The notes under the pieces are model-generated. The model worked only from the letters and a program-made list of their open reading frames with translations. It was not told the DNA's origin and searched no databases. From an uncultured Lachnospiraceae bacterium (GTDB taxonomy: Bacteria > Bacillota > Clostridia > Lachnospirales > Lachnospiraceae), in the NCBI GenBank assembly GCA_902803745.1, contig CADCRB010000115.1:1-55234 (forward strand): a stretch of DNA of 55,234 nucleotides, read 5' to 3'. Position 1 is the stretch's first letter; each line of letters starts with the position of its first letter. Shown here piece after piece: positions 9,617 through 19,064 of this stretch. The position numbers and the translations under genes are program-made.

Positions 9617-10957
9617 TTATCCTGCTTTTGTATGAAAGGTCAGAGATGTGTTGGCAAGGGAAATAATGTCACCATCAAGGATTTCCGCGGTCTCATTTGC
9701 ATCAAGCATTTTTCCGTTTACTCCTGTACCGTTAAGTGAATTCAGATCTGAAAGAAAGTACTTTCCGTCCTGTTCTTTTATCATTGCATGTATGCGGCTT
9801 ATGCCTGTTCCGTCTACAACCCCGTCAACCCTGGATTTCATCTTACCTATAATAAATGGAAAAGCAGAAATTGATATTATCCGGCCATCCTCATACCTAA
9901 GTTCCGGAGAAGCAGGACTTTTGGACAGTGACAAAGGACTTTTTATAAGCACAGTTTTTTCATATTCTTCATTTTGCGTATGATCCTGATATTCCATATA
10001 TTCGATATTGTCTCCTGTCTCAGGCTTAGGGACAGCGATGTCCTCTTCCGGAAGATTATCTCCGGGTGCAGTATCTTTGTCTTTTTTCTTTAACTGAAAT
10101 GACACGGAGATTAAGACAACAGCAAAAGCAAAAGCTATTACGATTCCTGATATCAGGTATTCTTCATCTGTGAGTGTTATCGGAAACAGAGAGGGAGCCA
10201 TAACCATTACAATATATGCTGATGCTAATGATATGACCAGTCCCAGTAAAATATAGGCAGTTTTTTTCTTTGAGCTATTATTTCCCGTGTTATCATCTTC
10301 TGCAAAGAAGGGCTTCATTTCATCTGAGATGCCTTCCTTCAGATCCCAATATTCATTCGGATCTGTCAGTGGATCCGGGTTTCTTTCGGGTAGAGGAAAT
10401 TCGAGGCTTTCCGGTTGATCGTTAAGTGACCGGGTTTCGCAGACAGGTTTTGGTAAAATGCAGCCGTTTTCTACCATTTCAAGGTATTCGTATGCTAATT
10501 TGGCCGCTTCTCTGTCATTACCGTCTACATGATCTGTTAGAAAATCAGCGAGATAACGTAGACTGTGCAACTCATCCTGAGGCATATCCGGTACATAGAT
10601 AAAGGCAGGCTCTAAAGTATCGGGAAGAAGCCATATGTCCGATGGCGCATATAGTACCTCGTCGGGAGACAGCAGATATCTCGCAAGCTCTGAAAGAAGA
10701 CCGGACAGTCCCTGCAGTATAGCTGATATCTCATCTTTTGTCATATTTCGTCCCGAGAAGATCGTCTCAAGATTTACTCTGCCCTGAATATCATAGTAAT
10801 AATAACTATAACCGTCGATGCTCTGAGGTGTCATTTTTGCAAGATACGGTATATCATTCCTTACTATCATTTTTTCCCGCAAGCTTGGAACATCATATCT
10901 CTCATTTTTTACGATCAGGTAGTTTTTTATTCCGTTTCTTTTATATGTGATCTGCAT
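9617..10957 (-). CDS. DUF6382-like N-terminal domain + 2 TM + C-terminal FHA domain protein (Tad locus)
   Basis: FHA motifs IIGK, ISRIHA, DLNSLNGT.VNG; two hydrophobic helices; ATG 10957 after AGGAGG. Confidence 0.8.
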   Translation of the reverse strand: MQITYKRNGIKNYLIVKNERYDVPSLREKMIVRNDIPYLAKMTPQSIDGYSYYYYDIQGRVNLETIFSGRNMTKDEISAILQGLSGLLSELARYLLSPDEVLYAPSDIWLLPDTLEPAFIYVPDMPQDELHSLRYLADFLTDHVDGNDREAAKLAYEYLEMVENGCILPKPVCETRSLNDQPESLEFPLPERNPDPLTDPNEYWDLKEGISDEMKPFFAEDDNTGNNSSKKKTAYILLGLVISLASAYIVMVMAPSLFPITLTDEEYLISGIVIAFAFAVVLISVSFQLKKKDKDTAPGDNLPEEDIAVPKPETGDNIEYMEYQDHTQNEEYEKTVLIKSPLSLSKSPASPELRYEDGRIISISAFPFIIGKMKSRVDGVVDGTGISRIHAMIKEQDGKYFLSDLNSLNGTGVNGKMLDANETAEILDGDIISLANTSLTFHTKAG

Positions 10958-10968
10958 AAATCCTCCTC

Positions 10969-11424
10969 TTACTTTTGAATGTGGTCTATGAAATTTCCGG
11001 CTGCCCGGCAATTTCTTATAAATTCAATGGCATCTTTTTGATATGAAGTGGCCTCTCCTTTTACATCTATACTTTCGGTTCCTGCTATTCTAATAAATAA
11101 CGCTCCTTGCGGTATACGTAATCTGCCGCTGTAGGAGACACTTATCTCCTTACCGGATACGTTAACTTCAGTACTAAGATCCTCTGTCGCAAGCAGGAGA
11201 CCGTCAATATTATAATTTGCCGCTTTCCTTGCCTCCTGTTCCATGTCAGAAGAAGATGTTCTTATCAGGCTGGCTTTCAGTGCGGCCTGATAGGCACAGC
11301 TTTTCATAACAGCTCTGTCATGAAGAAAAAAAGATATGTATATTAGGAAAACTATCACACCCATAATAAGCGGAAATACCAGAGCGGCTTCAATTGTATA
11401 AGATGCGGAAAGATTTTTTTTCAT
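10969..11424 (-). CDS. TadE-like minor pilin
   Basis: Class III signal LSA|SYTIEAALVFP followed by a hydrophobic helix. Confidence 0.8.
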   Translation of the reverse strand: MKKNLSASYTIEAALVFPLIMGVIVFLIYISFFLHDRAVMKSCAYQAALKASLIRTSSSDMEQEARKAANYNIDGLLLATEDLSTEVNVSGKEISVSYSGRLRIPQGALFIRIAGTESIDVKGEATSYQKDAIEFIRNCRAAGNFIDHIQK

Positions 11425-11855
11425 ATAATAGCTCCTGTTGTCTCTATCAGACAGCCTAAAAACAGGAACGGTAAGAAGGGGAGTGCTGTATTGCGGGTCC
11501 CTTTTCTTAGAAAGAGAATGATGATCGAAACAAAAGAAGCAGCTATCATGGCATCAAGCACGGAAAGTGTAGCGGCTCTTCCGCCCAAATATATACCTGT
11601 CGTGAGGATAGCAAGAGCGTCTCCCATGCCAATTTTGCCGTCAGATATCAACGATATCCCTATAAATACGGCTCCAAGAAGTATCCCCATAAACATTTCC
11701 ATAATATTGTAACCCCCTGTCTTCCAGCATATGAGTCGTATCAATACTCCTGCTGCTCCTGAAACCGCTAGCAGCAGGATCGGCACGGTCTTTTTTCTGA
11801 TATCCAGAACAGAACCTGTCAGCAAAAACAGGAGTAAAGGGACAGACATTATCAT
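11421..11855 (-). CDS. prepilin peptidase (A24 family)
   Basis: Polytopic; SVLDIR (first Asp), GMGD (GxGD) and LPFLPF motifs; ATG 11855 after GGAGG. Confidence 0.85.
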   Translation of the reverse strand: MIMSVPLLLFLLTGSVLDIRKKTVPILLLAVSGAAGVLIRLICWKTGGYNIMEMFMGILLGAVFIGISLISDGKIGMGDALAILTTGIYLGGRAATLSVLDAMIAASFVSIIILFLRKGTRNTALPFLPFLFLGCLIETTGAII

Positions 11856-11857
11856 AT

Positions 11858-12604
11858 TTAGTTTCCTCCACATTCATCGCAAGGCGGCAAACCGGCCTTG
11901 GATAAGGGTATCTCATGTACTGTTCTCTTTAATGCTCCGCAGGAAAGAGAGGTGTGATATCTGTTCCCATCATCAGTAATGTAAACCGTGGCCGGTTTTT
12001 CGCCTGTATGACAGCAGTATTCACAAGGATAGTACTTTGATCCGTCGTTAGCCCTTTCCTTTTTAAGGTCAGCATAAGCCACACTTCTTATATTCAGATT
12101 CAGATGGGAGCAACTTAGAGATCTGTGGTATACCGATCCGGTTTCGGTAACGTACACCATCTCTTCATCGACATTATTGTTGCTCTTATGCTTCAGGTTA
12201 TCATAGCCGGTAAAAGCTCTTATCCTTACACGATCTACCATGTATGGGTTATATGCGCCTAAGATATCAAAGGGCACATCAATTCTGTACCTTTTAACCA
12301 GATCTATAATGTCATCTCCATTATTCAATATATCTATAGCATCGGAAAGTGGGGTATCGTCAATCAATGAATCTCCCAGATAAGCATATTTTGCCATTCT
12401 ATACGCATTCTCCGCTAACTCTTCCGTATTTGCAGAAGAAATACGAATAGCATCCGTAAGGTACATGACCGACAGCATAGCAAAAATGAATATTGGCAGA
12501 ATGAGAGAAGTTTCAACTGTAATGCTCCCGGAAAGGGATCTCCCTGTTTTGGAAAGGAGGGTGATGAAATGAAATTCTTTTTTTGATATCTCTGTTTTTC
12601 GCAT
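11858..12604 (-). CDS. TadE-like minor pilin with tandem C-terminal His/Cys metal-binding repeats
   Basis: LSG|SITVETSLILP signal; two copies of VYxTxxGxxYHxxxxCxxL...PCxxC. Confidence 0.75.
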   Translation of the reverse strand: MRKTEISKKEFHFITLLSKTGRSLSGSITVETSLILPIFIFAMLSVMYLTDAIRISSANTEELAENAYRMAKYAYLGDSLIDDTPLSDAIDILNNGDDIIDLVKRYRIDVPFDILGAYNPYMVDRVRIRAFTGYDNLKHKSNNNVDEEMVYVTETGSVYHRSLSCSHLNLNIRSVAYADLKKERANDGSKYYPCEYCCHTGEKPATVYITDDGNRYHTSLSCGALKRTVHEIPLSKAGLPPCDECGGN

Positions 12605-12675
12605 ATTTTTAATTTTTGAAGAAACATTGTTTATAGGGGAGAAGGGAGGTCCCTTTCCGTAAACATCACGTATTG

Positions 12676-14103
12676 TCAGAAGTCACTCATATAACTCATT
12701 TGTCGATCTATGGTAAGTTTGTTCTTCCCCTTAAAGGTCATAACAGCACTTAGAGATACGTATTCTATGCATCCATCCAGGCGGAAGTGTTTGTTGCCGG
12801 CGGTATTTCTTAGATTCATTTCTATAATATCCATGGCCCGCATACATTTTGTGGTCTTATTTTCCATTATCAGGAAAACTCTTAAGTAATCTTCATAAGA
12901 AAAACCGCTGCCTTTTTGACCTGTAGGTCTTGCATTGGTTCGAATAGAAGTCAGTCCCCAAAGAGGCATTTTCCAGTCAGCAGCCGTCTTTTTGAGTGGA
13001 ACTCGCTCTCCGGCGAGCAGTCTTACGACATCAGATACGCTCTCGCCATATGCCCATGCAAGCAGGGTAAGATCGGTAACCGCCTCGGCAGCATCAGGTA
13101 CAAGAAGAAGCGTACAGACAACAGTGGCAATCCCTTCGACCAGCTCTTTTTTTTCTGAATCAGTAAAAATGTATAAAGCATTTGCTCCATATCTAAGAGG
13201 AAGAAGGACTTCTACTACTTTACGAAGATTGGCATTATCCGAATTTTTTCCGTACAGGATGTACTCCAGCTCGTAGTCAGCTCCTTCTTTTGTATGCTGA
13301 TCAGTATAGGAAGTGCACTTGTCGAAAAGGTATTCATCAAACATAAGCTCTGATAAAGTGCTTTCGGTATCTACAGTACCTCCGTGAAGACCGGTCCCCT
13401 TATTTATATTTCTGTGAGAGATAAGGGAAGATGTATCAATTGTTTTGTGAGAAATATCTCCTGAATCTAAGACAAAAGACAGTATGCCGTCCCAATCGTC
13501 AAATACATTTCCTGCGGGATTCTCCGGTATTTTGTAATCAATATCATTGAGTTCTTCTTCGAGCTCTTTTTGATATTCTTCAGGATGCTGGTCAGCTATT
13601 TCGCTGCTGTTATATTCTGATACAAGACCACCGGCATTTTCGGCAAGTTTTTTTGCTGCGCTAATACCGTGAAGATCTTCAAATGCCTGTATTGCCTGAC
13701 GCTTAAATACACGACCGGCAGCGTCTGATGCATAGGATGCTTCGGCAATATCGAGGGATAGGAGAGTTAATGATGTAAAATCAGCGGGCTTAATTAGTGA
13801 AAATGTGCCCTTTGAGGGATCGATGTTATAGCTTATATAATCCTTTATATGCTCCTTTAGTTCGCTTAGTGATGGAGTTGATCCTCCGTAGGAGGTGTCT
13901 ATGAAATACAGGTCATATCTGCTTAACAGCTCTCTGTTATACTCGGCAAATACAGATTCAAGCGACAGATCAGTCGCCAATTCACATTTCATTCTTGAAG
14001 CCGTATATGCGGCGCTTTCTGTTATTCCCATGATAACCGAGAGTATGATCGTCAGTATGAGACTTAAAAAAACCGTAATAGTCCCTTTTAACCTGTATTT
14101 CAT
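12676..14103 (-). CDS. DUF5702-like large Tad-associated minor pilin (TadG-like)
   Basis: LKG|TITVFLSLIL signal plus TM; YELEYILYG and YEDYLR motifs; directly after the flp pilin gene. Confidence 0.75.
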   Translation of the reverse strand: MKYRLKGTITVFLSLILTIILSVIMGITESAAYTASRMKCELATDLSLESVFAEYNRELLSRYDLYFIDTSYGGSTPSLSELKEHIKDYISYNIDPSKGTFSLIKPADFTSLTLLSLDIAEASYASDAAGRVFKRQAIQAFEDLHGISAAKKLAENAGGLVSEYNSSEIADQHPEEYQKELEEELNDIDYKIPENPAGNVFDDWDGILSFVLDSGDISHKTIDTSSLISHRNINKGTGLHGGTVDTESTLSELMFDEYLFDKCTSYTDQHTKEGADYELEYILYGKNSDNANLRKVVEVLLPLRYGANALYIFTDSEKKELVEGIATVVCTLLLVPDAAEAVTDLTLLAWAYGESVSDVVRLLAGERVPLKKTAADWKMPLWGLTSIRTNARPTGQKGSGFSYEDYLRVFLIMENKTTKCMRAMDIIEMNLRNTAGNKHFRLDGCIEYVSLSAVMTFKGKNKLTIDRQMSYMSDF

Positions 14104-14119
14104 TTTTCCTCCGTTTTGA

Positions 14120-14290
14120 TTAAACCTGTTTAGCTTTATTGTTGATGGTCTTAAAGATGCTGTTTACCAGTTCGGTAAGCTGAGATTTGAAGATAAGAAC
14201 CAGTCCGATGAGAACGACCAGTATAAGTATCATTTCAACTGTACCGATCCCGTCTTCCTCGGTAATAAAGCTTTTTAATGACTTCAGCAT
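14120..14290 (-). CDS. flp: Flp1-family major pilin
   Basis: 56 aa MLKSLKSFITEEDG|IGTVEMILILVVLIGL with G-1/E+5; strong SD AAGGAGG. Confidence 0.9.
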   Translation of the reverse strand: MLKSLKSFITEEDGIGTVEMILILVVLIGLVLIFKSQLTELVNSIFKTINNKAKQV

Positions 14291-14322
14291 AACGGTGCCT
14301 CCTTTCTTATTTATTATGTACA

Positions 14323-14354
14323 GGTACCGTAAAGGTATTGCCTGAAACGGTACC
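14323..14354 (-). promoter_or_regulatory. intergenic stem-loop upstream of the pilin gene
   Basis: GGTACCGT...ACGGTACC 8-bp inverted repeat with an inner AGG/CCT extension; no U-tract. Confidence 0.5.
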
Positions 14355-14363
14355 GGAAACATC

Positions 14364-15710
14364 TTATAGTGAAAAAGACATAAACGCCGGGATGATCACA
14401 ATGATCATAACAACAGAAAGCATCAGAACCATTGGCAGAAGAAGCAGGGTCCCGGCTTCCTCTCCTCGTTTCCTCGCATTTGCCTTTCTTTCCTCGAATG
14501 CTTCGCGAACTTCTTTTTCAAGCTCGGGAAGCAGACCGGAACTCCCTTTTTTAATATTTTGGGAAAACAAAGCACCAAGCTTCGTATATCTTTTTACAGC
14601 GCATCTTTTTCCGAAGTCGAGATAGGCTTCATACTCGCTGACCCCGCTTCTCATACGATAGACAGTGATCAGCATTTCTTCTAAGGCAAAGGAAGTCCTT
14701 CCATACGTGCGGTTTTTATAGTCCAGCGCTACCTTCTCAAAAGCGGCTCTTAAGGTCAGTCCGGAACCAATAAGAAGAGTCAGCTTGCTGACTATTTCAG
14801 GATAATCAATAAGCATTTCCCTTTCTCTCTTAGCTACTTCTTTGTTAAGGTCGTGGTCTTTTCCGGTATAAATTATGAATGCCGCAAAAATCGATATAAG
14901 CAGAACATAGAGCCATGTACGTGGAAGAGATTTCTCGTATGTTAGTTCTTGTCCGTCCACACTATCAGGAAGGATCTGGTCGTTTTCAGAGACTGTTCTA
15001 AGTGCATACGCATTAATGCTTTGATCTAAATCATATGAAAGTCTGTCCTCCGGGGATCTGTACTTTGGGAAAACCCTGACAAAGAATTCATAGTCTTCAT
15101 GATATTCCTTGTATGAAAGCCCGGCCGTAAGCTTAACCGGACATCCCGAATCATCGTGAAAGGTTTCCTGAATATGCCCGCTGCTGTCCAAGACATCGTA
15201 GTCTCCGATAAGCCATTCTATTGAAACCGGATATCCGTCAAGACTGTTTATAAGGAGCAGATCGTGATCAATATGATCGACGGAGGAGTTTTCTCCGAGG
15301 ATTGAATGAGGCAGAAGCTGTTCCATTTCATAAAATATTCCTTTGATCTCCTGTGAGGTATACTGTTTTTCATCTACTGTAAGGATCTTTTGCTTTTCGA
15401 TCATTTCTCCATCTGCAAAGACATCTACAGAAACATTCTTTTCTCCTTCTCCGTAAGCACCTCTTTCTATGAGATAGTTTTCTATTTCCCCCGAGCTTTG
15501 TAAATCCAGGATCAATATCACGATTGACAGCAGTGTTCCGGCAGTTAAAACTGCAAGCACGGAACCAAGCTTTTTAACATAATAATTTTTAGTCAGTCTG
15601 GCCCCGGGAATACCGGGATGCAGGAGCATCTGGTTTTCCCTGATATATTCAGTTTCTTTCGGTGTAAAAATCCTTAGCAGTATTTCTGCAAGGTGATAGA
15701 AAAAGGACAT
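14364..15710 (-). CDS. tadC: TadC-like platform protein (T2SS F family) with inserted extracytoplasmic domain
   Basis: C-terminal DYPEIVSKL.LLIGSG...GEEAGTLLLLPM motifs; follows tadB; start uncertain (15710 or 15758). Confidence 0.8.
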   Translation of the reverse strand: MSFFYHLAEILLRIFTPKETEYIRENQMLLHPGIPGARLTKNYYVKKLGSVLAVLTAGTLLSIVILILDLQSSGEIENYLIERGAYGEGEKNVSVDVFADGEMIEKQKILTVDEKQYTSQEIKGIFYEMEQLLPHSILGENSSVDHIDHDLLLINSLDGYPVSIEWLIGDYDVLDSSGHIQETFHDDSGCPVKLTAGLSYKEYHEDYEFFVRVFPKYRSPEDRLSYDLDQSINAYALRTVSENDQILPDSVDGQELTYEKSLPRTWLYVLLISIFAAFIIYTGKDHDLNKEVAKREREMLIDYPEIVSKLTLLIGSGLTLRAAFEKVALDYKNRTYGRTSFALEEMLITVYRMRSGVSEYEAYLDFGKRCAVKRYTKLGALFSQNIKKGSSGLLPELEKEVREAFEERKANARKRGEEAGTLLLLPMVLMLSVVMIIVIIPAFMSFSL

Positions 15711-15712
15711 AG

Positions 15713-16414
15713 TCAAACCTCTATATTTATGATCCTTTCGGCCAGGAAGATGCCACATAGATATATGATAAGAGCAGTAGACATTACTATCTGACCTACA
15801 GTATTGTGATATAGTACTGAGATGAAATCTGCCGAGCTTGCCTGCAGATATAAAAGAATACAGAATGGTACAGCGATCATTATCTTCAATTCCAGCTTTT
15901 TTGAACTGATCGAAGTTTCAATCTCTCTTTTAACATCTATTTTTTCACTAATGTTGGAAGCAGCTCGTTTTATTATTGCTGACATATCTCCGCCAATACG
16001 TTTGGCAGATTCAAATACGGCTGCAAAATCATTTATGTCTTCTATCTCACTTCTGCGGGCAAAATCCTTTATGACAGCTTCGATCTGTTCGTTGTCTCTA
16101 AGGCGCAGTACGATCGTTCGATATTCTATTGTAATGGGGGCATCGGCTCCGTACATTTTGTCCATGTCGTTATAAGCTTCTATAAAGGCGTTTTCTACGG
16201 AGTATCCGGCGTTCAGAGCCGTGTTGACTGCCAGTATGCTTTCCCTGAACTGTAAGGTCAGTTGTGATCGTTTGTCCCTTTGCCAGGATTTATAACGGAA
16301 TCTGGCATATAAAACCATGGCAGGCATCAGAATAAAAAATGCGATATAGCTTTTGTAAAACACATAGGAGATGAGTGCATCTATACCGAGCCATTCAAAC
16401 AGCACTTTTATCAT
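15713..16414 (-). CDS. tadB: TadB-like platform protein (T2SS F family)
   Basis: AL.AGYSVENA, FARRS...DI.DFA.VF, GGD motifs; follows cpaF; start uncertain. Confidence 0.82.
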   Translation of the reverse strand: MIKVLFEWLGIDALISYVFYKSYIAFFILMPAMVLYARFRYKSWQRDKRSQLTLQFRESILAVNTALNAGYSVENAFIEAYNDMDKMYGADAPITIEYRTIVLRLRDNEQIEAVIKDFARRSEIEDINDFAAVFESAKRIGGDMSAIIKRAASNISEKIDVKREIETSISSKKLELKIMIAVPFCILLYLQASSADFISVLYHNTVGQIVMSTALIIYLCGIFLAERIINIEV

Positions 16415-17645
16415 AAAGACCGTGTCTTTTGAGTTTTTCGGTGTAGGAAAGAGTGCCGGTTTTTTTGAGACTACCTTTGATAAGACCATTTTTTGTTTCT
16501 CCTTCCTCTGTAAAGCGGAATATAGGATTAAGAACGAATTCTCCGTTTATCAGACCGGACATTTCTGAGATCTCCAATACTTTGCGGCTTTTGTCACGTA
16601 GTCTGCCCAGATGGATAATGATATCTATAGCCGAAGCCATTTGTCTTCGTATTGCCGGGAGTGGGAGATCCATGCCCATAAGAACCATGGTTTCTATTCG
16701 CGAAAGCATGTCTTTTGCACTATTAGCATGACCTGTACAAAGAGAACCGTCGTGTCCAGTATTAGCTGCTGAAAGAAAATCCAAAGCTGCTCCGTCACGA
16801 ATTTCGCCAACGATAATCCTGTCAGGGCGCATTCGGAGGGAAGATTTTATGAGATCCCGTATACTGATCTCCTTTAATCCTTCGACATTGGCATTTCTTG
16901 TTTCAAGACGAACCAGATTATCGATGCCTTTTATCTGTAATTCTGCGGAATCTTCGATCGTTATCACTCTTTCATCTCGCGGTATGAATTCCGACAGTGC
17001 GTTTAGAAACGTGGTTTTTCCGGAACCGGTGCCTCCTGAGACAAAAATGTTGTATCCGGATATAACAATCTTCTTAAGAAAGTCAGCTGCTTCAGGAGTG
17101 ATCGAAGAGAAACCGATAAGATCCTTCATAGAGATCGGATCGTCGGGGAAACGCCTTATAGTAAGTATAGGACCGTTTATTGCGACAGGATTCATTACGA
17201 CATTTACTCTGGCACCGTTTTCCAGTCGCGCATCCACTATAGGAGAAGCCTCATTTACAAAACGGTTACTCTTTGCCACGATCTGCTGAATTACTGAGCG
17301 AAGCTTTTCTTCTGAGTCAAAATGTCTGTCCCATTTTGTGATAGATCCGTTTCTTTCAATAAAAATATCATTTATGCCATTGACCATAATCTCCGTTACG
17401 GAGCTGTCGGCAATGAGTTCCTCCAGGATACCCAGCCGCCTTACTTCATAGAACAAAAGACGATACAATTCTTCTCTTTCAGTAAGGCTGATACTGTCCT
17501 TTTGTTTTAGTTCATATATGGCGTCTTTTATGATGTCTTTTATCTCGTCATCGGATACATCACGGGAGAGATCGATCCTTGAGATTATCTCTTCCTTTAA
17601 CATGGTAAATCTATTATCTTTTATTGAATCGTAATTATCTTTCAT
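16395..17645 (-). CDS. cpaF: Tad pilus assembly ATPase CpaF/TadA
   Basis: GGTGSGKTT Walker A, TIEDSAEL, LRMRPDRIIVGEIR, NTGHDGS..T.HAN. Confidence 0.95.
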   Translation of the reverse strand: MKDNYDSIKDNRFTMLKEEIISRIDLSRDVSDDEIKDIIKDAIYELKQKDSISLTEREELYRLLFYEVRRLGILEELIADSSVTEIMVNGINDIFIERNGSITKWDRHFDSEEKLRSVIQQIVAKSNRFVNEASPIVDARLENGARVNVVMNPVAINGPILTIRRFPDDPISMKDLIGFSSITPEAADFLKKIVISGYNIFVSGGTGSGKTTFLNALSEFIPRDERVITIEDSAELQIKGIDNLVRLETRNANVEGLKEISIRDLIKSSLRMRPDRIIVGEIRDGAALDFLSAANTGHDGSLCTGHANSAKDMLSRIETMVLMGMDLPLPAIRRQMASAIDIIIHLGRLRDKSRKVLEISEMSGLINGEFVLNPIFRFTEEGETKNGLIKGSLKKTGTLSYTEKLKRHGLYDKSAV

Positions 17646-18630
17646 TTAGGATACCTGTAATATATTTTCCGATTTCTGTGCCGCGCAGATTACATGTAAT
17701 AGGAGGAATGTCCTTGAAATATGGAGGATCCAGCTGAGTGAGATTATCTTCTATGGAAAGATCATCCAGAGTTCTCAGAAATGAATAAAACTGAGCGATT
17801 TTTGAAGAAGATATTCTGTCTTTTCTAACAGGCATATATATCTTTGTGCTGGAATCAAGAATTTTTTCAAATCCCGGTATGAAGTATCCGATGTCTATAA
17901 CTATGTTCTTAAATCCGTTTCTCTGCAGTAGGTCAAGAAGAGTCAGTATATCGTCACTGGTAATATGAAAAAGATCCTCAGGATTCATCACCGGTGGTAT
18001 GAAGCTGATCCCCTGACAGGTGCAGATAGAGCTTTGAAGTATCAGTGAGACTTTGTTTCCCGTGTTTCCTTGAAGGAAGAATATGAGATCCGATAGATCA
18101 GAGCTGAATTCCTGGCCAAATAATATGGTAAAACCGGAGTCAGGCTCAAGGTTAATATAAATGGTTTTTTCTTTATCAGACATGATCTGTGAGGCTGCCA
18201 CGGCAAGGGTTGTTTTCAAGGACCTGCCTACCGGGGAGAAAAAGCTGTACACAGCCGCGGATGACAGATAAGGTCTGTCAGCAACTGAAACATCGGATTT
18301 TGCAGCAGTTTTAAGGATATCTCTTACTATCTCATCCACGGGCTGGAGTATGTTTATCTCATAGACTTTTTCTGAAGAAACTGATCCGGGTTTTTCTGTA
18401 AGTACAATTGTAATCTCAGATTTTATGTTTCTTGCACCGTTTTGGAAGCAGATATCATCAGTTAACAGAACGGAGATATTGTTTTTTTCGGCAAAGTCTG
18501 TCAGATTATCTCCCCTGGTAAAACCGGAGCATATAAAGCCGGAATTTCTGTCCGTCATATAATTCATAAAACCTTCAAGATACTCCGGGTCTGCAAAGTA
18601 GATTGCCATGTTGTTATTATTTACTGACAT
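17635..18630 (-). CDS. TadZ/CpaE-like MinD-type ATPase with degenerate receiver-like N-terminus
   Basis: Deviant Walker A SPVGRSLKTT, YINLE, IVID; immediately upstream of cpaF. Confidence 0.7.
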   Translation of the reverse strand: MSVNNNNMAIYFADPEYLEGFMNYMTDRNSGFICSGFTRGDNLTDFAEKNNISVLLTDDICFQNGARNIKSEITIVLTEKPGSVSSEKVYEINILQPVDEIVRDILKTAAKSDVSVADRPYLSSAAVYSFFSPVGRSLKTTLAVAASQIMSDKEKTIYINLEPDSGFTILFGQEFSSDLSDLIFFLQGNTGNKVSLILQSSICTCQGISFIPPVMNPEDLFHITSDDILTLLDLLQRNGFKNIVIDIGYFIPGFEKILDSSTKIYMPVRKDRISSSKIAQFYSFLRTLDDLSIEDNLTQLDPPYFKDIPPITCNLRGTEIGKYITGILNER

Positions 18631-18644
18631 ATTAATGTGGCTCC

Positions 18645-19064
18645 TTAGAACAGATTAAACCAAAAAGGGAATGCTCCCATAAAAAGTGAAAAAGCAAAGG
18701 GATATTTTGTTTTTATCAACTTTTCACGACGTATGATGCAGAGGCTCAGAGCGATAACCATTGATACTGCTGCGCCTGCAGCTGCTATCTTGCACATAGA
18801 ATATAATCCGGTATACATGGCAGTCAGTGCCAAAAGCTTAACATCACCGGATCCAAGCAGGCCCAGCATATAAAACGGATACAGGATCAGCAGCACTATT
18901 CCCGCTGCCGTAATGTCTGAAATAAGATCGCTGTTTGAAGTTAGCAGATCTGATATGAGAAGACCTGCAGCCGACGCAAAAAGAATAATATTTTTGATCC
19001 GATATGTGAGGATATCTGTCATCGCGCAGATAAATAGCGTGACTAAAAACATATAATACTTCAT
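18645..19064 (-). CDS. prepilin peptidase (A24 family, CpaA/TadV-like)
   Basis: TDILTYRIKN (first Asp), GSGDVKL (GxGD) and YPFA motifs; first gene of the Tad locus. Confidence 0.85.
   Translation of the reverse strand: MKYYMFLVTLFICAMTDILTYRIKNIILFASAAGLLISDLLTSNSDLISDITAAGIVLLILYPFYMLGLLGSGDVKLLALTAMYTGLYSMCKIAAAGAAVSMVIALSLCIIRREKLIKTKYPFAFSLFMGAFPFWFNLF

Noticed and set aside
9236-9635. ORFs 9236-9604 (-) and 9384-9635 (+)
   Set aside because: Overlap ftsH, lack an SD and motifs, and run through a promoter and strong hairpins; a non-coding reading fits better
12605-12675. Possible riboswitch in the gap inside the Tad operon (GGAAAGGGAC...)
   Set aside because: No c-di-GMP-I core; the downstream TadE frame stays open across the gap, so it may simply be N-terminal coding sequence
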